DNA of 57,459 bases from contig CAZKUL010000001.1 of the NCBI GenBank assembly GCA_964555945.1, positions 1-57,459 of the forward strand, given 5' to 3'. The notes below the pieces were generated by a model. It was not told the DNA's origin. It searched no databases and was given only the letters and a program-made list of their open reading frames with translations. Positions 7,180-16,251 of this stretch are shown here, piece after piece (the first letter of the stretch is position 1; each line of letters begins with the position of its first letter). A program made the translations under genes and the position numbers. The stretch is from an uncultured Planctomycetales bacterium. GTDB taxonomy: Bacteria > Omnitrophota > Gorgyraeia > Zapsychrales > Fredricksoniimonadaceae.

Positions 7180-9636
7180 TCATGTTTTTTGAAAATTCAT
7201 CCGCGACTGCCATATAAAGCAAATTGTTAAATACAAAAAAGATGCAATTAACAACAAGGAAGAAAAACCAATAAACCTACTTAAAAAAATACTCATAGCG
7301 CTACCGACAATGGTCATATAGCCATTAAACCCCCAAGCCCAGGGGATTAAGTTTCTTTCGTAAACACCAAGACTTTTTAATCCTTCCGGAAAAAACATTC
7401 CTAGAAAGAATCCAATTGGTAAAATTAACACCAAGGATATCATCAATTTAAAAGGTAAATGCATCGACAAACAGTGCTGAATTAGCCAATGATTGAAGAA
7501 AAAATATAAATTTAAAATAGAAAATACAATTAAAGATACTCTCTTGATATTTAGATAACCTTGACTAAATAAATAATCTGAACACAAACTACCGATAGCA
7601 GTCGATATCAGCAAGCTCATTAAAACCACAGAAAAAGAATATATAGGATTACCCAATAAAAGTGTCAATGCTTGCATAATGGCTATTTCAGTAAATACAA
7701 AACCAAGACCAATAGTAGAAAAATAGACCAAGAACCGAGAAAGATTTTCTCCAGCAGAAGTTTTTATATTAAATATTAATGGATAAATAATAAGCACAAG
7801 ACCTATGACCAGCAACCCAATGGTAAAAAGCAGCACAGATAAATTAAACACAACCTGCCTAGTCGAATCATTCCAGTTTCCGAATATGACTTTCTTCCAT
7901 AGGTCTTTACTAAAGATACTCTGTATAAGAAATCCATTATCAATAAAGGGAGCATTATCCGTAGGTATCGATAAATCTTCATTGTATTGGTAGCTGGCAT
8001 CTTTAAGAAAATGATTCAGATTCTTGCTTTTTAATATATTCTCAAATAATTTGAAATCTTTATAGGTATAAAAAGGATTATAAATACTCATCCATCCCAT
8101 ACGAGATACATTTCTCTCAACTATAGAAACTTCATCTCTGGAAAAATCAGTATTTTTAATCAATAAGAATAAAGCATCTGTGCCGAAAAACATCTTCTTT
8201 TGAGTTATGCCATCTTTCACATCCTCCTGGGGGGCTATAACAATTACCTTATTAGCAACATGATCATATCCTAGCTCCTCCAAAGCCGCACGAGCCAGAG
8301 CTGTAATCTTTAGCTTTCTGCCGTAGGCAACACCTATTGTTCCACCTGGATTTAAATGCTTAAAATAGCTCTTGAAAGCCTCTTTTGTATATAGATATTG
8401 AGTTGTAGCACCGGAAACCCCTAGGTATTGGGAAGCTGAAGCCCCTCCGTATGAAAGAATGATGGAATCGAATTTTTTATCTATTGACTCAACATAACTA
8501 CGCCCTTCCTGCACAATCAAATGAACATTTTTCTTAGCAAAGAAATCAGTTAAATGATATCCTTCAACATCTTTTGCCATCTTGACTACAATTGGATTTA
8601 ACTCAACCCCCGTAATATCCGATATGCCTTTGGAATAACTATAGGCCTCTACCATATCCTTCCCTGCTCCAGCCATTAAAATTAGGATGTCCTGAGGATT
8701 TTTTAATAAAAAACCTAATGTTGTGGGCTGAAAATAACTAAACAATTTTAAATAAAAAGGATCTTCTTTCATAAATGGGTAAATATATCCTTCCCCATTG
8801 ATGATAGAAAACGCATAAATATTATGATTACTCTTTGTTGTGCTATCGACAAACAATGAAGCTCTTGAATATGCATTCCATTGATGCCATGATTCCTTAA
8901 AATCCATACCTTTTATTTTAGTGACATCAGCGATTTTCATTTTAACTTCAAGAAAATCTGTTTTAATATTAATGAGCAAAATAGTTACACAAGTTAACAA
9001 GAAAAATACAGCCGTTATTTTTCTCCATTTATCTTCATAAGTTGCCAATAATAAAATTATTAAAAAAGAAAAAATGGCCAATAAGATTAAAACCGAACTC
9101 AACTGAAAATAATTTAAACTAAAAGTACCAAAAATGCACCCGATTGAAGCCCCTAATAAATCAAAGAAATATATCCTGGAGGTATCTTTTGAATAAAATT
9201 TATAAATAAGAGAATAAAGTACACCAAGACAAAAAAAGATAATGGTAGAAATTAAACCAACCGTGAGTGAACTGCTCATTGTTTTTATTAAAAGTCGGTT
9301 CCAATAAACATCTCCCATTTTCAACGAATTTATGCCCCCAAATTCTAATCGCGCATTTACGCAATGAAAATTACTTATTGCCATGGTAAAAATAAGTAAT
9401 AAAACTCCTAAAAGGCAAAGATATTCAAAAGCCTTTGATTGAAGCCCTTCAACTGATTCTTTAAAATAAAATATGGACACAAATATCCCTGCTAAACTTA
9501 AACCCAAGAATGCGAAAGATATGGCAAAAAATGGAGAAAAGAAGAGTGCGGATAGCAAAACAGCTAATAACAATTCTAAAGATAAAAAAATAAAACTTAG
9601 AGAGAATGTCAGTAAATAAACTGAATTTGAACTCAT
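7180..9636 (-). CDS. polytopic membrane protein with embedded spermidine-synthase-like (SAM/dcSAM Rossmann) domain
   Basis: 818 aa. About 7 N-terminal and about 6 C-terminal TM helices flank a soluble domain with ILILMAGAGKDMVEA...GVELNPIVV, resembling fused MFS/spermidine-synthase architectures. Confidence 0.6.
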   Translation of the reverse strand: MSSNSVYLLTFSLSFIFLSLELLLAVLLSALFFSPFFAISFAFLGLSLAGIFVSIFYFKESVEGLQSKAFEYLCLLGVLLLIFTMAISNFHCVNARLEFGGINSLKMGDVYWNRLLIKTMSSSLTVGLISTIIFFCLGVLYSLIYKFYSKDTSRIYFFDLLGASIGCIFGTFSLNYFQLSSVLILLAIFSFLIILLLATYEDKWRKITAVFFLLTCVTILLINIKTDFLEVKMKIADVTKIKGMDFKESWHQWNAYSRASLFVDSTTKSNHNIYAFSIINGEGYIYPFMKEDPFYLKLFSYFQPTTLGFLLKNPQDILILMAGAGKDMVEAYSYSKGISDITGVELNPIVVKMAKDVEGYHLTDFFAKKNVHLIVQEGRSYVESIDKKFDSIILSYGGASASQYLGVSGATTQYLYTKEAFKSYFKHLNPGGTIGVAYGRKLKITALARAALEELGYDHVANKVIVIAPQEDVKDGITQKKMFFGTDALFLLIKNTDFSRDEVSIVERNVSRMGWMSIYNPFYTYKDFKLFENILKSKNLNHFLKDASYQYNEDLSIPTDNAPFIDNGFLIQSIFSKDLWKKVIFGNWNDSTRQVVFNLSVLLFTIGLLVIGLVLIIYPLIFNIKTSAGENLSRFLVYFSTIGLGFVFTEIAIMQALTLLLGNPIYSFSVVLMSLLISTAIGSLCSDYLFSQGYLNIKRVSLIVFSILNLYFFFNHWLIQHCLSMHLPFKLMISLVLILPIGFFLGMFFPEGLKSLGVYERNLIPWAWGFNGYMTIVGSAMSIFLSRFIGFSSLLLIASFLYLTICFIWQSRMNFQKT

Positions 9637-10289
9637 AAAGATGCCAACTTGTGAGTCCGTTCGTTTAAATACTCGTATACAGTTGCTAAATCAAATAACT
9701 CAATACAGGCAAGATTATGTTTCTTAAAATATTCTAAAAGGGTATCTTTAGCGAAAACAATATCCGCCTCCTTGGCAGCACAAATGTCCGATCTGCCATC
9801 ACCTATATAAACGATTGGGTTCTGCTTTGAATGGGTATCATCCATAAAATGCACTTTCTTACAATGTGCACAAAATGAACAATTAGGATTTTGATGAGGA
9901 AAAGATGGAAAAACTCTGTCCTTATAAAACTTTAAATGATTAGCATGAATTTTAAAATCTTTAATGCCATTATTCTCTAAAATTATATCAATGACGGGTC
10001 CAAAATTATCACTAACAATACAGGACTCTATTTCTCTGCTTCGCAAAAAACTAATTAACATTGAGAAATAAGGATCGATTTTAACCGTTTTTAAATATTT
10101 AATAAGCTCCTGTCTAGAAATTCTCACCCCCTTCATCTGTCCCCTCAGACACTCTTTGGTACTAATCTCACCTAATTGCCAGTCTTTTTCCAAAACCATC
10201 CAGTCATCACTAATTGAATAACGCTCAATCATTTCATTTAGAACATCACCCTTAGTCACAGTATTGTCAAAATCAATGAAAACACGCAT
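9633..10289 (-). CDS. HAD-IB family phosphatase (MtnX-like)
   Basis: DxDxT motif at the N-terminus (FIDFDNTVT), GDGRSD motif, Cys-rich insert CSFCAHCKK. ATGA overlap with the downstream gene. Confidence 0.7.
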   Translation of the reverse strand: MRVFIDFDNTVTKGDVLNEMIERYSISDDWMVLEKDWQLGEISTKECLRGQMKGVRISRQELIKYLKTVKIDPYFSMLISFLRSREIESCIVSDNFGPVIDIILENNGIKDFKIHANHLKFYKDRVFPSFPHQNPNCSFCAHCKKVHFMDDTHSKQNPIVYIGDGRSDICAAKEADIVFAKDTLLEYFKKHNLACIELFDLATVYEYLNERTHKLASL

Positions 10290-10299
10290 ATGATTTATC

Positions 10300-11079
10300 C
10301 TATCTAGCTTCTTGCATGAAATGCACTAAAGGCAAAATAATGCATTGTGGAAGAAAACGTACATTTATTGCCATTAACCTATTTAAAAAACCATGAACGG
10401 CAACAGTTTGTCCTTGTAACATCACCTTATACCCATAATGAGCAACCTCCTTAGGATCAGGAAGTGTTTGACCGTTTGTTAAACGAATTTCTTGGGGGAA
10501 GGTCGATATTTGAAAATTAGTTGCTGTTGGTCCGGGACATAAACATGTGACACTTACTCCAGTACCCTTTAATTCCTCAGAGATTGCTGATGAAAATGAC
10601 AGAATATATGCTTTTGTGGCATAATAAACAGACATTAAAGGACCAGGCTGAAAAGCCGCCGTTGAAGCCACATTCAATATTTTCCCTTTTCGGCGTTTGA
10701 CCATTCCAGGCAAAAAGAGTCGTGCTAAATTCGTCAAAGCAACAATATTTAGTTGTAACATTCGACCTTGCTTTTCCAAGTTTGAATCAACAAATTGCCC
10801 CCAGTCTCCTATTCCGGCATTATTTATGAGAACATCTACTTCTAAATTATTCCTTTTGATCTGTTCATAGACATACCCACAAGCCCCAGACTTCGATAAA
10901 TCACAAGCAATGACGTACACTTGGACTTTGTAAGTTAAGTATAAATAATCCCTAATTTCATCCAATTTAGATTTAGTGCGGGCTATAAGAATAAGATCGT
11001 ATTTATTCTCAGCTAATATTTTGGCGAATTCAAACCCTATACCATTGGAAGCCCCTGTGACAAGAGCTATTTTACTCAT
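10300..11079 (-). CDS. short-chain dehydrogenase/reductase (SDR)
   Basis: TGASNGIG cofactor motif, NNAG, catalytic YATKAY (YxxxK). Start moved to MSKIALVTGAS, which overlaps the stop of the upstream small ORF (ATGAGTAA). Confidence 0.85.
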   Translation of the reverse strand: MSKIALVTGASNGIGFEFAKILAENKYDLILIARTKSKLDEIRDYLYLTYKVQVYVIACDLSKSGACGYVYEQIKRNNLEVDVLINNAGIGDWGQFVDSNLEKQGRMLQLNIVALTNLARLFLPGMVKRRKGKILNVASTAAFQPGPLMSVYYATKAYILSFSSAISEELKGTGVSVTCLCPGPTATNFQISTFPQEIRLTNGQTLPDPKEVAHYGYKVMLQGQTVAVHGFLNRLMAINVRFLPQCIILPLVHFMQEAR

Positions 11080-11197
11080 TCGTATCGCCTGCATTGAGAG
11101 TTTCTTGACCATAAATACCCATCACAGACGCTAAAACAAGAACAAATATTGAAAATATAAAAATGATACCTGCTATAGATATGATTGCTAATTTCAT
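11072..11197 (-). CDS. 41-aa single-TM peptide (unannotated small ORF)
   Basis: AAAAGGAGACGAT-ATG Shine-Dalgarno. Product MKLAIISIAGIIFIFSIFVLVLASVMGIYGQETLNAGDTNE. Sits between two operon genes with its stop overlapping the SDR start. Confidence 0.45.
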   Translation of the reverse strand: MKLAIISIAGIIFIFSIFVLVLASVMGIYGQETLNAGDTNE

Positions 11198-11210
11198 ATC
11201 GTCTCCTTTT

Positions 11211-11963
11211 TTATTTCTTACCAATTTGTTGGGCAACCCCGCCTAACATATAATGCCTGTCATAAATATTTTTAAAACCTTCCCTAAACATCATTTGCAT
11301 AATTTCTTTGGAATCTGAGAAATATCTATTGGATATGCTTAAATAAGCAAAGGAATTATATTCATTACGATGAAAAAAAACCTTTCCCAGCCATGGCATT
11401 AATCTTTCATAATAAATTTGATAAAGAATTTTCTGCCATTTGCCTTCCGGCTTTCCTAAATCTAACGTGGTAAATATCCCGCCTGGTTTTAGTACCCGAT
11501 GCATTTCTTTAAGACCCAACGAAATATCCTTTAAATTACGAAGGCCAAAACACATCATAATGGCATCAAAGGTGTTGTCCTCAAATGGCAATTCCAAAGC
11601 GCTGGCCTCGTAAAAACTGATATTATTTAATTCCAGCTGATTGACCTTATTCTTGGCTAACGATAACATCTCTTCTGCAACATCTACCGCATCAATATGC
11701 AACCCCTTGCATCGCTGACTCATATAAATGGCCATATCCCCGCTTCCGGTACAGACATCCAACACCCTCATGCCCCGCTTTAAATTTAAACTACTAATAG
11801 AGGCATCTCTGTACTCTTGCTGCTGGCCTAAAGAAATAACATCATTAAGTTGATCGTATTTAGGAGCTAATTGATTAAAAAATAATTTGTTAGCTTCTTC
11901 CCAGGAATCTGTATGAAAATACTTATCAAAACCAACCTGTTTCATTATTTCCATATCTTTCAT
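11211..11963 (-). CDS. UbiE/MenG-type SAM-dependent methyltransferase
   Basis: LDVCTGSGD motif I and a UbiE-like N-terminus (FDKYFHT..). Start placed at MKDMEIMKQV after the AAAGGGA Shine-Dalgarno, 13 nt past the PKS stop. Confidence 0.75.
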   Translation of the reverse strand: MKDMEIMKQVGFDKYFHTDSWEEANKLFFNQLAPKYDQLNDVISLGQQQEYRDASISSLNLKRGMRVLDVCTGSGDMAIYMSQRCKGLHIDAVDVAEEMLSLAKNKVNQLELNNISFYEASALELPFEDNTFDAIMMCFGLRNLKDISLGLKEMHRVLKPGGIFTTLDLGKPEGKWQKILYQIYYERLMPWLGKVFFHRNEYNSFAYLSISNRYFSDSKEIMQMMFREGFKNIYDRHYMLGGVAQQIGKK

Positions 11964-11976
11964 AGCAATCCCTTTC

Positions 11977-13011
11977 CTATTCTGACCAGCGTAAACAGGC
12001 CGCATTTACACTAACCCCTGCCCCATAACTAACCATTAACGCAGGTGTTCCATCTATAAATTTTGTCGTATCCATCCATCGTTTTAGGATAAATAAAACA
12101 CAGGGGGACGACATGTTTCCATATTCAGAAAGAACATAACGGCTTGCCATTAGAGATGTAGAGTTTATATTTAATTCCTGTTGTAAGGTATCTAAAATCA
12201 ACCGCCCACCAGGATGAAAAACTAAAATATCAGGCAATTGAGTTATTTGCATCCGTGCCAAAAGTTCTTTAACACCTTGGGCTACAATTTGAGGGACATC
12301 CTTTCCTAAAACATTGTTCAATCTGGAATTGACAGTCTTGAATCTCAATTGTTCTCTGTGTTCTGGCACCAGCAAACATCCATGCCGTTCTAATTGCCAA
12401 CCTGGTTTTTTACAATTAGTAACTATGCAAGCGGCTGCCCCATCCCCAAAAATGGAATTTGATAGTATTAAATCAATAGCTTCCCCATGAACAAAAGTTG
12501 CAGACGACACTTCAACCGCAATAAATAAAACATTTGCATTTTTCTTCGTTAATAAAAATTGATCGGCAATACGTAATCCTGGCACCGCTGCACCACATCC
12601 GTGACCAACAACATCCAGTATGAATATGTCTGGACTGATGCCCAATACTTCCCCTACATGCGATGTTAATCCAGGGCACAAATAGCCGGTGCACGTTGTA
12701 ATAATTAGTCCATCAATTTGCCCAATCCCAAGGCCTACGGCTTTAAGGCATTTTTGAGCAGCTTGGACAGCCAACTCAGTTGCCATTTTTTCAAATCGAA
12801 AGACAGATTCATCGCAATTCTCAGTGGCTAACACCTCCATACTATCTAAAGCAAATGTCCGGGAACGAACTCCATCGTCAGAAAGGAAGCGATTATAGAA
12901 TTTCTTACTTCGCTCAGAGTAGTTTTGGAACCTCATTAATTCGATTAACTCTTTTTGATCCTTGCGTAATGAAGGATTTGCCGTTTCTACACAGGTAATT
13001 CTAGACTTCAC
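11977..13011 (-). CDS. type III polyketide synthase (chalcone-synthase superfamily)
   Basis: 344 aa with Cys-His-Asn triad contexts VGHGCGAAVPG, VFHPGGRLILD and YGNMSSPCVLFIL. Confidence 0.9.
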   Translation of the reverse strand: MKSRITCVETANPSLRKDQKELIELMRFQNYSERSKKFYNRFLSDDGVRSRTFALDSMEVLATENCDESVFRFEKMATELAVQAAQKCLKAVGLGIGQIDGLIITTCTGYLCPGLTSHVGEVLGISPDIFILDVVGHGCGAAVPGLRIADQFLLTKKNANVLFIAVEVSSATFVHGEAIDLILSNSIFGDGAAACIVTNCKKPGWQLERHGCLLVPEHREQLRFKTVNSRLNNVLGKDVPQIVAQGVKELLARMQITQLPDILVFHPGGRLILDTLQQELNINSTSLMASRYVLSEYGNMSSPCVLFILKRWMDTTKFIDGTPALMVSYGAGVSVNAACLRWSE

Positions 13012-14149
13012 TTAATACCCCCTTCGCATATACAATCTTGTTTTTTGTAACCCTTGGGCGAGAATAGCTCATCGCTGTTCGCCTAAACATCTTATTGATA
13101 TCTAAAAAACGAATTATCGCATCTGCAACCCAAGGAAAATGTGCAACACGACCAAATAAATCAGCCAGACGTCGTTGTTCCCCGAAATGCTTCTGATATT
13201 CATCAGTGTATGCCTTAAGCCTTTCGGCGTCATGGTTATATGTCGTTATTGACTGAGCTAATAATTGACCGCTTTGTAAAGCCACACTGATTCCGACACC
13301 CATCACGGTATCAATAAACGCAGACGAATTACCGACACGCCATATACCATTTTCATAATGAACAATTGAATGTCGTACCTGAATTTGAATAGCCTTCCAA
13401 GGAGATACCCTTGTGGCCCCAATCATTACATTCTGCAAATGTGAGCTCTCCTTGATCCAACCCATCAGCACCTTTTCAGGATCTTGCCCTTTAGCTTTAA
13501 AATATTTAGAGTCTACTACATAACAGACATTGACTTGGTTCTTTTCAAATGGATTGATACCAACATGCCCGCCCTCACAGCAATGAAGCATCACCCGTTT
13601 AAATGATTGAGGAATCCCCTGATAGATGGCGCAAATACCAAATTGAATTTTTGTTAATTTTACCGATGGAGAATGCTGGCCACTAGCATCAATAAGATGG
13701 CGAGTTCGCAAATTAAATTCTTTATTATTTCCATAATGGTCAACCGTTACTTCAAATCCGTTGCCATTGTTGTATATATTCCGAGCCTGAGCCCCCTCAT
13801 ACACCTCAATGCCCATTGCCTTAACACGATCTAACAATAGCGAATCAAATACCTTTCTACTTACCCCTAATGCTTCACCTTCTATCGGTATGACTGTACT
13901 TGCCCCCTTAGAGGATGTAAGTAACGACTCCTCAATAACGCGAGCCCCTTCTTCCAAAAGTTTTGACCAAATCCCTAAATCAAATAACATTGCTTTATTT
14001 TCAGGACCAATAAAACCACCGCATGTCTTGTGCCGAGGGAATGCCGATTTATCAATAATAACAACCTTCCATCCACGCTTCGCTAAACCTAAAGCACAGG
14101 ATGTCCCAGCTGGTCCTGCGCCAATAATTAATGCTTCAACTGTTGTCAT
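13001..14149 (-). CDS. FAD-dependent oxidoreductase/hydroxylase (geranylgeranyl-reductase-like fold)
   Basis: N-terminal dinucleotide fold IIGAGPAGTSCA...VVIIDK. 382 aa. First gene after motif copy 2. Confidence 0.8.
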   Translation of the reverse strand: MTTVEALIIGAGPAGTSCALGLAKRGWKVVIIDKSAFPRHKTCGGFIGPENKAMLFDLGIWSKLLEEGARVIEESLLTSSKGASTVIPIEGEALGVSRKVFDSLLLDRVKAMGIEVYEGAQARNIYNNGNGFEVTVDHYGNNKEFNLRTRHLIDASGQHSPSVKLTKIQFGICAIYQGIPQSFKRVMLHCCEGGHVGINPFEKNQVNVCYVVDSKYFKAKGQDPEKVLMGWIKESSHLQNVMIGATRVSPWKAIQIQVRHSIVHYENGIWRVGNSSAFIDTVMGVGISVALQSGQLLAQSITTYNHDAERLKAYTDEYQKHFGEQRRLADLFGRVAHFPWVADAIIRFLDINKMFRRTAMSYSRPRVTKNKIVYAKGVLSEV

Positions 14150-14219
14150 GAAAACAGTTTATCAAGAGGCCAAGCACTTCAGATAGATGAAAATCATGAT
14201 AAAGACAAAAATTAGGGAA

Positions 14220-14263
14220 GAAAATTGCAGATTCAAACAAAAACTATGCAAAATCTTGCAGGG
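14220..14263 (-). promoter_or_regulatory. triple-TGCA promoter/operator module, copy 2 (upstream of the T3PKS operon)
   Basis: Minus strand reads CCCTGCAAGATTTTGCATAG-N13-CTGCAATTTTC, with TGCA cores starting 10 and 21 bp apart. Lies 70 nt upstream of ATG 14149. Confidence 0.6.
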
Positions 14264-14303
14264 TGTAATTAAACCATATTTTTTCAGCTTATACGAAAGA
14301 AAA

Positions 14304-16244
14304 TTAAAAGCCAAACATATGATCTAGACTGAAAGATTTATCACCTTTGATTAGTCCATGATAGCCGAACAATCGGCAAGTTGTGTCACGTATAATAATA
14401 TACGAGTCTCGACCGGCACGGATGCGCTCTTCTTGGGAAAACATTTCGTTGTAACGCCAAAGCAAGGAACCGCTGCAGGCAATATTCACCGTCTTTTTAA
14501 TAATTTCATTTCCCTTTGCATCTGACAAGATCAAATCAGTTTCAGACTGGGTATGCCATGTGGTTGAGGCTGGATAAATCAAATGACATAACGTGTCTAT
14601 GCCTTCATCACGGCCCAGACGCAAGAAAAGACGCGTACTTAAACCTGGCGGACGACCCGCATAAGACTGTGGTTCATTTTTGTAGACCAATACTGTATTA
14701 AAAATATGCGAGCCGAAGCTGGTTTCGGAATTATGCCCGCTTTTAGTATCTTCGTAACGCATCAAAGCATGCAACCAACCATCGCCCTCACCACCTTGAG
14801 AAAAATCATAAACCAACTCCAAATGACCAAAACCTCCGGGGAATTCTTTTTCAGAACGCTTTCCCAATAAGTTATTGATATTAAAATCTTTGATATTACT
14901 GCGGTTTAATATGCCAAGAGAGTATTTCCCTGCTTGCTGTCCTTTACTGTTATAAACGATTAGAGTCAACGGAAAATTCTCCTGGCAGGTTGACATTGGT
15001 GTGGGCAGCATGATGTTTTTAAATCGGCCAATGGGTAGGATGGGAGCCGGTAATATATAACCCTTACCCATTACTTTAACTAAGTCGGGAATGCCAGGAT
15101 CAGACTTCAAATCAGTACGTTCGACATTGGTGTGCGCAATCAGGCGTTTGCCTTTAGCATCGATAACTTCATAACGTGGCCGCACAAAATGCCGCCCAGC
15201 ATGGACTTCAAACTGCTGCGGCCACCTGGCCTTTGGAAATAAAATAGCCACATCTATCGCACAAGTCGCAAAAGCAGCAATTGGTTTATCGAAAGCAACA
15301 ACATCGTCAGAACCTATTAAGTTCAAACCAATACCAGATGCAGGGATCAGACAGGGATGGCTATTTTGGACCCAAAGTAAAACCTGCTCCCCCTCACGAG
15401 GAGCAGGAAGGCCTGCGTAAAGATCAGCGGGCCAGGAATTGGCATCATGAGTGCAGGAAAGGACAGAGTCATCGTTGCCATAGGTATCTAACGCATATTT
15501 GACGATATCATGACCGGCGATTCCCGTAAAATGTACAAATAAATTTCCAGTAAAACTTTTCAATTTAAAGCGTTGGCTTATCTCAATACTATCCAGGATG
15601 ATAGTATGAACGCATTTTTCAAGCTTTTCATTCCATTGTGCCAATACGCGGCCATCTTTGTCAAACAAACTGCACCATAGCCCAACATTTTTAGGACTGT
15701 ATCCTGCCCAATAATTGGCAGTGACTAAGCGTGTATGATGCCCCAATTCTTCCCGAAAAAAAACAAAATTGGTAGCGAAATTCAAACTGTCAAGATAGTT
15801 TCGGGAATTTGTAAGAAATTCATCCGGCAAACGCGCATCGTCAAAAGAAAAAACCTTTATCCCTTTTGGCAATAGATGCTGAATTTGAGCAATCAAACGC
15901 GTGGAATCAAAAGCTGTAATAAAAATAACATCCGCATCCATATTTTTAAAATCAGTAATAGGCTCTGTATTTCGACCTAGGAGCTGTTTGCCGATATCAG
16001 TGACGTTCTGGACAAAAACACTCATAATTTTTAACTGTGAAATATCATAAAGAGCTTCAAATTCCGCAGCCTGCCCCATCGGGTCATAGACAGCAACTCT
16101 GCCAAAAGACGACAAGAAATTGATCAGATTGAGCATTTTGAAGGAAGTTAAAGGATGTCCCAGCGCCTTAAAAAGGACTGAACCTCCTGCGGCATTGCTG
16201 AATGTTTTGACCTTAAGAAGTTTTTCTTGAGATAATGTCTGCAT
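14304..16244 (-). CDS. conserved-looking 647-aa soluble protein of unknown function
   Basis: Long uninterrupted ORF. True start is taken as MQTLSQEKLL (ATG 16244, AAGG 8 nt upstream, 7 nt after the ELM1-frame stop). The first 41 codons in the ORF track overlap the ELM1 reading frame. Confidence 0.7.
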   Translation of the reverse strand: MQTLSQEKLLKVKTFSNAAGGSVLFKALGHPLTSFKMLNLINFLSSFGRVAVYDPMGQAAEFEALYDISQLKIMSVFVQNVTDIGKQLLGRNTEPITDFKNMDADVIFITAFDSTRLIAQIQHLLPKGIKVFSFDDARLPDEFLTNSRNYLDSLNFATNFVFFREELGHHTRLVTANYWAGYSPKNVGLWCSLFDKDGRVLAQWNEKLEKCVHTIILDSIEISQRFKLKSFTGNLFVHFTGIAGHDIVKYALDTYGNDDSVLSCTHDANSWPADLYAGLPAPREGEQVLLWVQNSHPCLIPASGIGLNLIGSDDVVAFDKPIAAFATCAIDVAILFPKARWPQQFEVHAGRHFVRPRYEVIDAKGKRLIAHTNVERTDLKSDPGIPDLVKVMGKGYILPAPILPIGRFKNIMLPTPMSTCQENFPLTLIVYNSKGQQAGKYSLGILNRSNIKDFNINNLLGKRSEKEFPGGFGHLELVYDFSQGGEGDGWLHALMRYEDTKSGHNSETSFGSHIFNTVLVYKNEPQSYAGRPPGLSTRLFLRLGRDEGIDTLCHLIYPASTTWHTQSETDLILSDAKGNEIIKKTVNIACSGSLLWRYNEMFSQEERIRAGRDSYIIIRDTTCRLFGYHGLIKGDKSFSLDHMFGF

Positions 16245-16251
16245 ATTGATT

